Shown: positions 44,251-57,122, counted from the stretch's first letter. The stretch: 64,000 nt of DNA from Epiperipatus broadwayi (GCA_028023455.1 JAQFVV010000007.1:15252001-15316000); one strand, 5' to 3'. The notes: a model not told the origin generated them from the letters alone. A program made the numbers and translations.

Positions 44251-45627
44251 TACCAATTAGATAAGAATATCTAGATATAACCCTGTGCAGTTTAGCGCAA
44301 AGTTTCAAACTGTGGGGAGAGAGATCCTCGGATCAATTACCATTCTGATATTTCTGGGAACTTCCTGTGAACTCTCAAGAAATAAAGCCTTTTGATTATT
44401 ATTATCTAGATATTCAATTAACAGAATAATTCTATGTGTGAGTGTATAATTAACAAATGGGTTATATTAATGGTTAAATGAGATTTAAATTTATATCTGG
44501 GCTAGAGACAATCTCTAGTTTAATAAATGACTACTGACTATCATTATTATTATATTTATCTAGAGCGGATTAGGTCAAAGTTGTGTGTGAAGTATGCTTG
44601 ACATTGATAAATCAAAGTATAATATTTTAAAACTATTATCAATGAAAATTGGATGGCTACCTAGACTAGTTTGTAGATGTTATCTAGGCTGAGTTATATA
44701 TAAACTACCTGGAAAAAAAGATTAAAAATTTTCAGCCATCTAAAAAAATGTTATTCCCTCCAGATTCAATTCCTAAAATCATGGCTTATGGCTAATGTTT
44801 GGGATCACAATATAAAGCCATGAAGCATTTACTGTACATAGCTTTAGATTTTAAAAGCAGAGTCATTGCATTACTTTATAATAAATGCTGTGTGGTGTTT
44901 TGCATAATGGTAGAAAGTTGGACTCTGCAGCTCATGGTCCATGGGTTATAACCCACTCTGCCATTTCCATATGCTTGGATTTCTTATAAATTTTTGAACA
45001 ATAAACCGTTCAATTATTTTGTTCTGCATAGGTTTACTGTAGTGGTGGGGTGACTGACAGACTCTGGAGTTAATAATCTATGAATCACAACCCCAATTCA
45101 TCTTTTCCAGACCCAAACTTAGTACAAACTTTAAAGCAACACGTCCAATTAGTTTTTATTTGATTTATATTATGTTCTTCTTTTAAAAACTGGTTACGGT
45201 TAAGTATTAGTCGATTACTTTGTTAAGAAGTAGACCAATTACAAACAATATTTTTTTTAATAATGATTTGTGAAAAGTAATACAAACTACCATCTTGGTG
45301 ATCAAATGTTATTGCTTGATCACAATACCCTGTTGCCTACTCATCTCAACCAGTCTTGGGACAAAAAGCTTAGTATATAAAAGATTTAAAATATTTGCTG
45401 TTATTAAGTATATGTGTCCAAAACTAAAAGCTATCTTAACAAATAGAGATGAAAAAAAAAAACAATAGTAGAATAAAATGCTAAAAGGCACAATAGTAAA
45501 AAGTTACAATGAAAAATATAGGAGACACATATTATTGTAAAAGTATTGTACTGTAAAAATATTAGCAGAACATTGCAAAATTGTCTAATTCATAATCATT
45601 CAATCTCTTTCACTCTCTCTCTCTCTT

Positions 45628-45662
<35 letters not shown>

Positions 45663-46049
45663 CTCTTTCTCTCTCTCTATATATATATATATTTATTTAT
45701 TTATTTAAATAATAAATGTAATAATGTTCAAGGCTAAATGGGTTTGTAAGTAATCATAAAACCTCTCAACATTAAGACAACTCCAATATCAATAACAATC
45801 AACAATTTCAAACTATTGTCAAGGCAACCCCATCTTTAATGTTAAAAGGAGGTTATTGTTGTTGATATTGCTTTCTCTGGCTAAGCATTTACCAGAAAGC
45901 TTGTTGAGGAATTGGCAATCCTCATTGCTTATAACTTACAAGCTTAAGAGAATAGAGTCATGTGATCTATGACTCTTATTTTGACTACATGTATATTATG
46001 TTTCAATTTATAATAATAAATTATAAGATTTGAAATACAGGCATTTTTG

Positions 46050-47600
46050 TATCTGGAACTTAATTGTAAATATAGGGGATTTGAACTCAGACTTTCAAAC
46101 AACCTTCAACTATCCACCCTATCTCATACTACTGATACATATGACCACACACATGTAGAAAAGATAAATAATCACCAATATACATATTTTGTGCTGAATA
46201 AGCACTCATCAGTTGCTCCAGATTATCATCTCCCACACATATATATAATCAGTGCTCAGATTATATTAAGATAGCAAATCTTTATACTTTAATGGACAGG
46301 CTTCAATCTACTCCAAACTTCAACTCTTCAGCCATCCATACCATTGAAAATCTGATGATAGAATCCCCAAATCCCATGCTGCTGCCAATATTATTGTTAT
46401 GCTCATGTTGACCTCAAGTCAGTGTGGATAGTTGAAGGTTGCTTGAAAGTCTGAGTTCAAATCCCCTATATTTACAATTAAGTTACAGATATAAGAATGC
46501 CTGTATTTCAAATCTTACACATTAAGCCTGCACTCTGCCAATCTCTCTTCTATGTATTTAAATGGATACTGTCCTATACATGAGGGGTCAGAGTGACTTG
46601 AGGTCAACATGGGCATAACAACAATATTGGCATGGGATTTGGGAATTCTGTCATCATATTTTCAATGGTATGTATGGCTGAAGAGTTGGAAATTGGAGTA
46701 GATTGAATCTTGTCCATTAAATTATAAAGATTTGCTATCTTAATATAAACTGAGCACTGATTATATATGTGTGTGTGGGAGATGATAATCTGGACCAATT
46801 GATAAAGTGCTGGTTCAGCATGAAATATGTATATTGGTGATTATTTTCTTTTCTACATGTGTGTGGTCATGGGTATCAGTAGTATGAGATAGTGTGGATA
46901 GTTGAAGGTTGCTTGAAAGTCTAAGTTCAAATCCCCTATATTTATAATAATAAATTATTAATACACTGTACAGGCTTACACCTGCATTTGTTTATCTGGA
47001 CCAACTGATGAGTGCTGCTTTAGCATGAAATATATATATTGGTGATTATTTATCTTTTCAACATGTGTGTGATCAGGTAGGTCAGCAATATAAGATGGCA
47101 CTGAGTCATGTGTAAGTCTGAGAAATCCCACATATATTACATATATAAATGCAAGTGTAAGCCTGTACAATGTATTAATTTATATAAATAGTGTGCAAAA
47201 GGTCTGCCCATCCCTCGCATATGTATGTATAAATGGATTATTCTCCTGTACTTGAGGGGTTAGAATGACTAAACATCAACATGGGTAGGATGACAACCTT
47301 GGCACTAATGTGGGCTTTGAACATTCCATCATCAGATTTTCAAAGAAATTGAAGGCTGAAGAGTTGTGGGTTGGAGTAGCTTAAAGCCTGTCCATTAAAA
47401 TATAAAGATTGGCTATCTTAATATAAAGTTGAGTACTAATTGTATATATGTGTGGAGATGATAATCTGGACCAACTGATGAGGGCCGGTTTAGCATGAAA
47501 TATGTATATTGGTGATTATTTATCTTTTCAACGTGTGTGTAATCAGGTAGATCAGCAATATAAGATGGCACTGAGAGTTGTAGGTCATGTGAAAGTCTGA
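46050..47600. mobile_element. Cluster of family F units (one -, several +) with HHRs at ~46176, ~46795, 47000-47043, 47470-47513
   Basis: Repeated ~450-500 bp unit ending gtctgagttcaaatccc; consensus ACCAA-CTGATGA-GTGCTggttyAGCAY-GAAA-TAYRTAT-A-TTGGT. Confidence 0.85.
47000..47043 (+). ncRNA. Minimal type I hammerhead ribozyme motif (family F), AUA site
   Basis: ACCAA-CTGATGA-GTGCTgctttAGCAT-GAAA-TATATAT-A-TTGGT: 5-bp stem I, 5-bp stem II, palindromic ATATATAT stem III. Confidence 0.75.
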
Positions 47601-49089
47601 GCTGAATCCCAATAATAAATTATGTAACATTTTTATAGTTAGTTGTAAGGATGAGCTAATGGAGTTTGATTGAAATGTTTTTTTAATTGTTGTTGTGAAT
47701 AAAGTTCTTTCATTCTGAAAAAAAAAAAGAGTACAATGGTTTGTCTTTATAAGTAGGTTTATAATTATTTGTAAAATTAAAAAAAAACCAATACTAGGCT
47801 TTACAGATGATGGTCATTATTTTTGCAAATTATATATATATATATATATATGTAGTTATAATTTATTGAAAGCAGTCATAACTTAACAATATCAATAACA
47901 ATCTCAATATGTTGCCAATGCAATCTTCTTTAATAATAAAAATGGAAATCCACTGTTATTTATGGTTTAATACATTTATATAGTCAATAAATATTGCAAC
48001 TCGATCACAGAGAGTAAAATTACTGATACAAAGAAGATTAAATAAACCTCATTAAACAGGTAAATATGACCTGCTTTGAAAGCAGACTAATAAACAGTCA
48101 ATTATAACTTTCAAACTGCACTCCAACATTGTATTACTTAAATAATAAAGCTAACAATGCCCAATGCTAGATAAACAACAATTTCAATCTGTTGTCAAGG
48201 CAACCTCCATTAACAATAAAGATCACCTTTATTTATGGACTAATATATTCATATAGACCCTAAAGATTGCAACTTAACCACAAAGAAAAATAAAGTTTAA
48301 ATTACCCTCATTAGACCGGTAAATATAATCATCTCCGAAATCAGACTAACAAATAGTCAATTATAACTTTCAAACTGCACTGTGAATTATTATACAAATT
48401 TGATGAAGATCTTTTCAAATGTTGTACAAACATCTCTAAAGACCCACAGAAATTATGCTTTGTAAATATTAAGTCAAACCAATTGTAATAAAGTTTTATT
48501 GACATCTACTATGAGTGCACATATCTATTGTGACAGAAAAAAAAAATCTTATGTTCAGTTGACTAACAGTTTTATATGGCCAAATTAAATATAATTTTGA
48601 AATAGAAGTGATCTCACCATTTGTAAAGCTAAATTTACAGTAATAAAAGTTCGAATGATGATGATAATAATTTAAATGTAGAGAGAGAAATAAACTTATT
48701 TTTTCATGAAACAGTAAAAAGAACGTGGTCACATTTAATTGGTTGAGATGTGATTTTTTTTTCATCATATCTCAATCAATCTCTCAATAAAATATTTATA
48801 AGCTATTATTTAATTTTAGACCTGCATGTAAAAAAATACAATGAATCTTTATTTATTAATAAAATCTCAAATTAAAGATTCTTATATTAATTGTCATAGT
48901 AAAGCAATATTTTTAAAAGTAGCACTGTGCTATAAGAAGCTAGACAAAACCATAAAATATTTTTCAAATTGGAGCATCTTAAAAATATACTTTTTTTTAA
49001 TGTTTGCTATCCACTTTTTTCCCTTTTGGGGACTTTTTTTTTCTCTAACTAATGCACATGTAGATGTCTGAAAATTTCAGATTTTCCAC

Positions 49090-49310
49090 TCAATAAATAA
49101 CTTTTAGATAAGTGCTTGGCTTTGGGTTGGTATTTTTAGATCTAGTGTCTGAACCTACCCTGACACCTCTCTGAGGAGTGCTAAAGCACGAAACCATGGT
49201 CAGGGGTTTGGGGAGGGATTCCTGACAGAGATATTTTAAGTGCTGGCTCTGGCTAAGCATTTATCATAAAGCTTGTAGAGGAATCGGCAATCTTCATTGT
49301 TTAAATATAT
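49090..49310 (+). mobile_element. Family E element carrying the canonical HHR below
   Basis: Flanks match 32800-33060 and 45870-45990 (ggctaagcattta..aagcttgt.gaggaat.ggcaatc). Confidence 0.7.
49166..49206 (+). ncRNA. Canonical minimal type I hammerhead ribozyme, GUC site at 49199-49201
   Basis: CCTCT-CTGAGGA-GTGCtaaaGCAC-GAAA-CCATGGT-C-AGGGG: all core bases, G10.1-C11.1, 5-bp stem I, palindromic ACCATGGT stem III. Confidence 0.88.
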
Positions 49311-50139
49311 AGATTGTTTTTAATTTTTAAAAAAATTATATATTCTGTACAACTTACTTGTTTGGTGAAAATTTATTAGATAGATTTTTTACAAGTAAAT
49401 AAATGGTTTGATATGTTTGAATTATTTATTTCTATAATAATAATAAAAGCAAATCAATATTGTAATTCTTAACTGAGATTTAAAGTTTATGTCTGGGTTA
49501 AAAACAATCTCTAGTTTAATAAATGATTAGTGATAATCACGATTGTATTTATCTAGGTTGGATATTGATACAGATATGGGTGGAGTTAGTTTGACACTTG
49601 TAAATCAAAATGTAACAATAAAATAAAAGTAGTGAATGTTGTATAAATTTTACAAATTTCATGTTGCATTATAAATATCTAACACATACAACTATTATCA
49701 ATATTTGTGAATCTTAATTGTTTTCCTTGATGATGATGATGACGGTTATAGCAAAATATATCATATCAAAGTTAATAAAATTAATTAGTTTATAATTAAA
49801 TAAATTAATATGCAAGATTAGATATTTTCAATCAGTCTCCTTTACTCTTATTTTTAAAAAAATAACATGGTCAGGACAGTTTATTAGAGTTTTGAAGCAA
49901 AAAGGATATTTTAGTAATTATTTATTAAATTTAAAAAAACATTATCCTACTTCTCCACTAAATCACTAGTTGAGTTATTCATTCCTTTTGGCTAAATTTA
50001 ATTTTACTTAATTCAGAAACTATTAGAATTTATAAATGGATAAGTAAGTATATCAATAACTAAATTAAAGTAAAACCATCACAACATCATATAGATCACC
50101 ATTTCATATGCTTACACATGCTGTTAATAAAAGTATGTG

Positions 50140-51660
50140 ATGTGATGTAATTGGCTTCTCCTTAAACGAAGTCAAGAATATCTCAGCAATTATGCCCAGA
50201 TAAACCTGTTAGCCACTTTATTTTCCATTCCCCACTCTTAAGTCTTCCCATATTCTGCCCCATCCCATTTCTACAACATAATCTTTGTCAACTCTATGGC
50301 CTTTATATCTAAATTCCCCTTATCTCTTCACAAACCCAACATAAAAACTAATAACTCAACTTTCTGTATAGTCACTTTGTTCATGTCTACTCTTCCATAA
50401 CTTCATTATCTGTACCCTTTCTGCTTTCAAGCATTTACATTCAATCAACAGATGCCTAATATTTTCTATACCTTCCTTACACAATTTGCACACTAAATCA
50501 TCCATAATTTTCCATTTACATGCATATTCTCTTGTTGCTAAGGATCTCATTCGAGCCTTAAATAATAAACTACTTTCCTTACTATTATCATAAATTAACT
50601 CGCATCCAATATTCTGTTTACTTCTATATTTTTTTAAACTCTTCTTGCCCTCCATACTAGTTCTCCATCTCACCAACTCTCTATTTTTTATTAATGCTTC
50701 TATTCTTTTATCCCATTCCTTACCACTATAACACTCAACAATCCTCCTAACGCAATCATCCCACCTTTTATATAAGTATACTGATATAAATTCTTTATCC
50801 AAATCTTTTGCATTGCACATTACCTTTCTCACCCATCTTGTTACCTGCCCTTTACTCATAACCCAATTGAACACTATCTTTGCTATTCTTTTACTATCCA
50901 TAAACTGCAACCTACCAAACATTTTCATTTTACTTTTTGCATCTCTCATATAAAAACTTGACCATCCCATTTCTCCTTGAATTGCCTCCTTTGCTGTCCA
51001 CATCTCTGCATCTAATGCATGTCTTCCTACTTCCCTTTGTACTTTCTCTAAATAATCTAAAACCCTTTTACTAAAACATAATGCATCATTGCCATATGTT
51101 AACCCTGCCACTGCAACTTCCTTCCATACTATTCTAGCTACATCATATTTATTATATGAAAATACTGTTAGTTTCTTTACCAAACCCTTTCTTTTCTTTG
51201 CTTCATTTATCAATTTTTTCTCCCATTCATCCAAGCAATTTTTCTGATTACATAAGATGATTCCCAAATATCTATATCTATCCACCACACTTAACTTTAT
51301 ATCCCCCAATAAAAATTCTACATCTTCTCTTTCCCCAGTATTAACCATCATTATATTTGATTTTTCTTCACTAAATTTAATCCCCATCTCTTTACCCACC
51401 CTTGCACATGTCCTCAACATAATTTCCATATCTTCTCTTTCTGCACACAAAAAGATATCATCTGGAAAAAAAAGACCCGACAAAATATATACTCTCTTGC
51501 CACCTATTAATGATATTTCTACTCCTCTTCCTAGTCTTTCTATTGCTTTCTCCATTTCACTCAAAAACAACAAAAACAAAATATGTGACATAGGGCATCC
51601 TTGCCTTAACCAAACTCATCATACAGTAGTGTCACCAAGTGTAACCTTCATAATTAATGG
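50140..51660 (-). mobile_element. 5'-truncated non-LTR retrotransposon (RTE-X-like, clade uncertain)
   Basis: RT ORF below, ~200-bp 3' UTR ending in acatcacatcac repeats. Confidence 0.85.
50356..51615 (-). CDS. LINE reverse transcriptase C-terminal half with CCHC zinc knuckle (open 420 codons, truncated)
   Basis: LRQGCPMS (RT motif 4, in frame upstream of the ORF-track Met), FPDD (motif 5), GIKFSEEKS, YRYLG, LTYG, CKLCKEGIENIRHLLIEC. Confidence 0.88.
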   Translation of the reverse strand, partial: VWLRQGCPMSHILFLLFLSEMEKAIERLGRGVEISLIGGKRVYILSGLFFPDDIFLCAEREDMEIMLRTCARVGKEMGIKFSEEKSNIMMVNTGEREDVEFLLGDIKLSVVDRYRYLGIILCNQKNCLDEWEKKLINEAKKRKGLVKKLTVFSYNKYDVARIVWKEVAVAGLTYGNDALCFSKRVLDYLEKVQREVGRHALDAEMWTAKEAIQGEMGWSSFYMRDAKSKMKMFGRLQFMDSKRIAKIVFNWVMSKGQVTRWVRKVMCNAKDLDKEFISVYLYKRWDDCVRRIVECYSGKEWDKRIEALIKNRELVRWRTSMEGKKSLKKYRSKQNIGCELIYDNSKESSLLFKARMRSLATREYACKWKIMDDLVCKLCKEGIENIRHLLIECKCLKAERVQIMKLWKSRHEQSDYTES

Positions 51661-51960
51661 ATACAGGAAGATTTGGGCATACAATCCCCATCTAGACCTA
51701 CTCATCCAACATCCCAAGACTAGTTTATAGCTTTGACTTTCATTAATCAGGAGCCTTGGATGTGAGAGCTTAGATTTGAGATCTAGTTGCAGTGCATTCA
51801 AATCTAAGGTTCCTCATTAATGAAATCCAAAGCTCGAAACTAATCTGGAGATGTTATATGAGAAAATACTTGGTAGAAATTTTATGCACAAAACTTCATG
51901 CATCCATTGATTACAAAGGCTTGCACTTGATGGCATTACTGTATGAAGAGTTTGGTACTC
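51660..51960. mobile_element. Family A inverted pair with two degenerate HHRs, abutting the LINE truncation point
   Basis: catccaacatcccaagactagt (-) and cctcattaatgaaatccaaagctcgaaactaatctgg (+). Confidence 0.7.
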
Positions 51961-52189
51961 TAAATTACTTTCTAAATTTATATATTAATTTTGATGAATA
52001 AATACCTCAAATGCAAGTTTAATTTTAAGGTAACAGTAAACAAAAATGTGGAACAAAAAAAAATTTACTTACAGATCTTCAATTAAAAACTTCATGCATA
52101 CTTCCACACATATTTTTTAAACTTGCTATTAAGTTACTGGAATTTTAAATAATAATATTATTTGTAGATGCTCAGGTGTGTGCTTATAT

Positions 52190-53090
52190 ATATAAGGGAC
52201 TTGAACTCATACTTTCAAACTACCCACAGCTATCCAACCTATCTTATACAACTAATACACATGACCACATACAAAAAAAAATGATTGCCAATATATGTAT
52301 TTCATGCTAAATCAACATTTATCAGTTGGTCCAGATCACCATCTCTCACACATATATACAATCACTGCTCAGTTTATATTAAGATAGCAAATATTTAGAC
52401 TTTAATAAACAATCTTCAATCTTCTCCACTCTCCAACTCTTCAGCCATCCACATCATTGAAAATCTGGGAAATAAATTCTCAAAGCTCTTGTTGGTGCCA
52501 ATATTATTGTCATACCCATGTTGACCTTAAGTTAGTCTGACACCTCAAATATAGGGCCTTAATATGTCCATATAATTAATTATACAGGAGTTTGATAGTC
52601 TGAGTTCATGTCCCTTCTAATTACATTAAGTTTAATATAGACAATATACATGTATTTAAATATTACATATTCAGACTATTCTGCCCATCCCTCTTCAATA
52701 TTATTAAATGGACATATTAAGATTCTATGTGTGAGGGGTCAGATTGTCTTGAGGTCAACATGGTTGTGGCAATAATAATATCATCAACAAAGACTTTTGA
52801 GAATTTCATCTTCAGATTTTCAATGATATGGATGGCTGAAGAGTTGGAGAGTGAAGAATATTAAAACTTGTCAATTAAAGTTTAAAGATTTGCTATCTTA
52901 ATATAAACTGAGCAGTAATTGTATATATGTGGGAGAGATGGTGATCTGGGCCAACTGATGAGTGCTTGTTTAGCATGAAATATATATATTGGCAATCATT
53001 AATTTTTATGTGTAACTGTTGTATAAGATAGATTAGATAGCTGTGGACCATTTGAAAGTCTGAGATCAAGTCTCTTATAATTAAATTAAA
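52190..53090. mobile_element. Family F head-to-head inverted pair; core-intact HHR at 52950-52993 (+)
   Basis: GCCAA-CTGATGA-GTGCTtgtttAGCAT-GAAA-TATATAT-A-TTGGC; minus copy (~52288) has G8 changed to A. Confidence 0.82.
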
Positions 53091-53121
53091 TTTAGTATAG
53101 ACAATACACATGTATTTATAT

Positions 53122-53169
<48 letters not shown>

Positions 53170-53174
<5 letters not shown>

Positions 53175-53990
53175 AAAATTTTGATTTACTAGTAGATGCC
53201 AAAAAAATATGAATCATTCTTTGGAGGATGGGTGCATTATAGTATATGCCTCATGCTGGGATCTTCTGCAAGATACTGCTGACCAGTAAAGTCATGATGT
53301 GGTATAATAAATTTTTTTGGGTCTTGCTTTTGTGATGGCTGAAACGTTGGAACAAAGTAAAATTCAGTTTTCGGTTATATTAAAATAGCAGGGAAACAGG
53401 TGTAATACTTGAAACAGCTTTCAAGCAAGCTGCTCAAAAAAAATCTCAAGTTCACATGTGATTCCATGGAAGAAGTGAAGTTCAATGTTAAGATGATGGC
53501 AAATTTTTGTTTTTGCCACAAATGGCAAAGTTCAGTCAGAATTTATTTGTAATAATCAGCTGTGTTATCTACAAGATCTGAAACGTTTGTGTGATGTGTT
53601 AAAACATAAATGTTTCACCACAATAACACACCTATGTACAACACCTTGAGTTTGAAACACTTTTTAATTAAAAAAACAGTATTTCTCAGCTTATCCATCT
53701 ATCCCACATATTCACCTGATCTCAAAACATGAAGCTTCTTTTTACATCCCTGAATTAAAAATTGCCTCAAAAGTGAAAGTTTTGTAGAAATGAAAGTGGT
53801 AAAAAAAAGTGAGGAAGGCATTAAACAAGCTCACTTGGCATAAATTTCAGAACTGCTTTAGAAAGCATTTAGAATGGTGCTTTGCATCAAGTGAACAATA
53901 CTTGGAAGAAGATAGGAGATTCAATTTGTAACACCTAAAATCAAATACACAACATTTTATTATAAATTATGGGTTTTTTGGGCTACACTC
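53170..53990 (+). mobile_element. Decayed mariner-family transposase remnant
   Basis: HHNNTP (HHDNAP motif, ~53615), PTYSPDL (53703-53723), SFFL, terminal EQYLEED; stops and frameshifts. Confidence 0.75.
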
Positions 53991-54119
53991 CCATAGTTTC
54001 TTTTAGTTATAAATTCAATTTAATCATTTAACAATTGACTAAAGTAATAAATAAATAAATAAAAAATTAGTTTAAAATTACTGTTTTCCTAGAAATTTTT
54101 TTTTTAAGAATTTACTTTT

Positions 54120-54890
54120 TCAAGCTCTTCAGTAAAGAGCTAGGACATCAGATTTAAAACACCAACTCAAGCTAAGCATTTATCTAATAGTTAACTCTTA
54201 AGAAGAAGATCTGAAATTTTCAGACATCTACATGTCTTTAAATTCAGCTCCCCAACTGAAATAATCATAAGGGACTAAACTTAATTCAGATATGCCATAT
54301 ATTAATAGGATTAGTAATTTAATTTAGCCAAAGCCCCCAACAGCAAAATAATAATAGTAATAAAATAAAATCATATGTCACGTGACTTATATAGCTTGCA
54401 TTCACAAATATGTAAAATAAAGAGTGTGCTAATAGCTCTAAACAATCTTTTTATATATGTGATAAATGCTACAAGAGAACACATTCAAATCATCTTTATC
54501 TAGGATTATCCCCAGTTCAGTTTTGAGCTATGGCTCTTTTCAGTGAGGAGACCATATGATTATTTCAATTGGAGAACTGAATTTAAAGGTATGTAGGTAT
54601 CTGAAAATTTCAGATCTTCTTCTTAAGTGTTAACTTATAGATAAATGCTTAGCTTGAGTTGGTGTTTTAAATCTGGTCTCCTAGCTCCTCACTGAAGAGA
54701 CCATAGCTCAAAACTGATTTGGAAATTGGGGACAATCCTAGATAAAGATTATTTGAATGCATTCTTTTGTACCATTTATGATATACATTTAAAAAAGCTT
54801 ATTTAAAGCTATTAGCATGCTCTTTATTTTACATATATTGTAAATGCAAGCTATATAAGTCATGTGACATATGACTTGATTTTATTATAA
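54120..54890. mobile_element. Family E direct plus inverted copies; degenerate HHRs at 54509-54549 (-) and 54686-54720 (+)
   Basis: tcctca-CTGAA(G/A)A-GAGCcataGCTC-AAAA..tgggga; GTCACGTGAC at 54377-54386. Confidence 0.75.
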
Positions 54891-55667
54891 GTAATAAAGT
54901 AAAACTGGTTAATTAATCCATTGCAGAGCAATAATCTTTCCTAAACTTCTTATAATGAAATAAAAATTGTTCCTCACCAATTTTGTCTACTACTTACTAA
55001 ATAGTGATAGTTTGAATAGTGTTCAATTCATATTTTACAAAAAAAAAACCAGCTAAGTATCCATACATTAACCAATAATGAATGGTTAACTAGAACTGGC
55101 TATGGATTATCAACCTGGCAAAAAATACAAAGCATGATTGGAATCTGAAAACAGTTCAAGCTTTCTTTATTCAAACCAAATTCAAATTCCAACATTGTAT
55201 TTATAGAAGCAATTGCATTACAACTATATTCTCAATGCCTTCATGTGTGTGTAATGGCATGGTATGAAAAGGGGCCACTGTTATTTTGATTTTCTATTAT
55301 TTACAAATAAAGCTAAATAAAAGGTTATGGATTAAATTTGATTAAATATTAGTAAATAAATAAGTATAATCATCTGACAATTAAAATCTGGATACTGTGG
55401 ACTAATTTTATTTGTGAATGTTAAAGTTAAATATAGTAATTGTTAAATTCTAATACTTTAATGCTTAATGTTTTATATATAATATTAATATCTGGTTTAT
55501 AATTAATTTCATTCTTGCAAATTCTTGACATGGAAAGTGTTATTGTATTTAACATCAAGTGCTTAGAAGAAAAGATCTTTTGTTTGCTAAAGACATTGAT
55601 TTGAGCATTAATGTTTGCAAGACATTATCATGCTGTTTTTATGGAAGACTTAATCAAATGATCTGGT

Positions 55668-55703
<36 letters not shown>

Positions 55704-56026
55704 ACCAATCATTATATATCATAATATATATATATATATATATATTATGAGGTGTAACAATTGTGGTACCTGTAGTATTAATTTTTTTGTTACCATGTTC
55801 ATAGAAAGTCTTAGTTTGTAATTAATCTTCTGACAAAGATGTATATACATTAAGTAATTTAGCTTTATCAAATTGCATTTATTTTACTTTATATATAACA
55901 AACCTATTAATATTGCAAATTTTAACCATTAATACCATGAGGTATAACAGTTCTAGTATCATATAATACTAAATTGTCCAAGCACTTTACTGCTGTTATA
56001 CAATGCTATTTACCATTTTTTCTAAC

Positions 56027-56067
56027 AGTTTATAGTTTCGATTTCCCCAGCAATCTTCTTCAGAACT
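56027..56067 (-). ncRNA. Minimal hammerhead motif (family C), AUA site, in element ~55940-56080
   Basis: AGTT-CTGAAGA-a-GATTgctggggaAATC-GAAA-CTATA-AACT; core intact. Confidence 0.65.
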
Positions 56068-57084
56068 TTATATCTCCTAACCTCATCAGTGTTATTAATT
56101 TTTTTGTTACCATGTTCATACAAAGTCTTAGTTTGCAGTTGATTTTCTGACAAAGATGTATATATATTAAGCAAATTGAGTTTTTATTTTACATTCAAAA
56201 AGCCTACTAATGTTACAAACTTTAATAATAACTACATTTTCATACTATACAGTTTTTAACACAACCCTAGATTATATCTTTTACAATAATTCTATATTAT
56301 ACTTTAGATAGTATTGTGCTCAAGTGACCAATAAGTTTCACAGATGGCATATATCGTTATAACTATAAGAGATGAAGATTAATTGGGAATAACAGAAACT
56401 AACTTCTGCTATCTTATAGAATGTTGGCTCATCAAAGGCTAGATGTTTTTTCTAATGGCAAACAGTCTTTTCTGTCTTCCTTTTTTTCGTTTTTCAATCA
56501 TTTAAATTAGTGTAAGGCTTGTTTGTCATATGCCTCTCATGGAATTTGTCATCTACCTATATTAATTGTGACACTAAATAGTGAGTTTGTGCATCACATT
56601 TCCATATTTTAATTATAAGCACAATTTCAGAATTCATTTTCTTAATTTTCTTTTTTTATTTTAGTCAGCACCTTCAAGAATTAAGAAAGTAATTACAAAA
56701 GCAGGCATAGAAGACTTTTGGTACTAAGTTTTTATCTTTTTTGAGGCAGTTCAATCACTAATGAATCAGATTGGAACTGCATTTGAGGCAAGAGTTTCAT
56801 CTGGTGAGGATTGTATATTTAGGCAGCCCTATTTAGATATCCTTTCTTACTACAAAAATGGAAAGTGGCCTACAAAATGTGCTCTAAAAGTATTCTGCCT
56901 TACACAGTTTGAATAGGTCCTGATGCCTAATGGATTATTTATTAGGGTATAAAAATAATAACATTAATAGTAATGAAAATACAAGAGACAATAGTAATAC
57001 TAAAAGTATATATATATTGCTTATAACACTTCTTTCATATACACTTCAATGCAAACAAATTTTCTTAAAAACTTCTTTATTTTT

Positions 57085-57122
57085 CTTACAGTTTCGACTG
57101 TCCAGCAGTCTTCATCAGAGCT
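57085..57122 (-). ncRNA. Minimal hammerhead motif (family C-related), GUA site, inside inverted repeat ~56990-57230
   Basis: ct-CTGATGA-a-GACTGctggaCAGTC-GAAA-CTGTA-ag; perfect 5-bp stem II, short stem I. Confidence 0.68.

Noticed and set aside
43961-44308. Three overlapping ORFs on both strands
   Set aside because: They lie on the family C inverted repeat, which mirrors the same peptide; non-coding.
47990-48420. ~270-bp repeat pair with CTAATGAGGG resembling an HHR start
   Set aside because: No GAAA or closable stem II/III in either copy.
51257-51730. 157-aa plus-strand ORF
   Set aside because: Antisense shadow of the LINE RT frame; no independent motifs.
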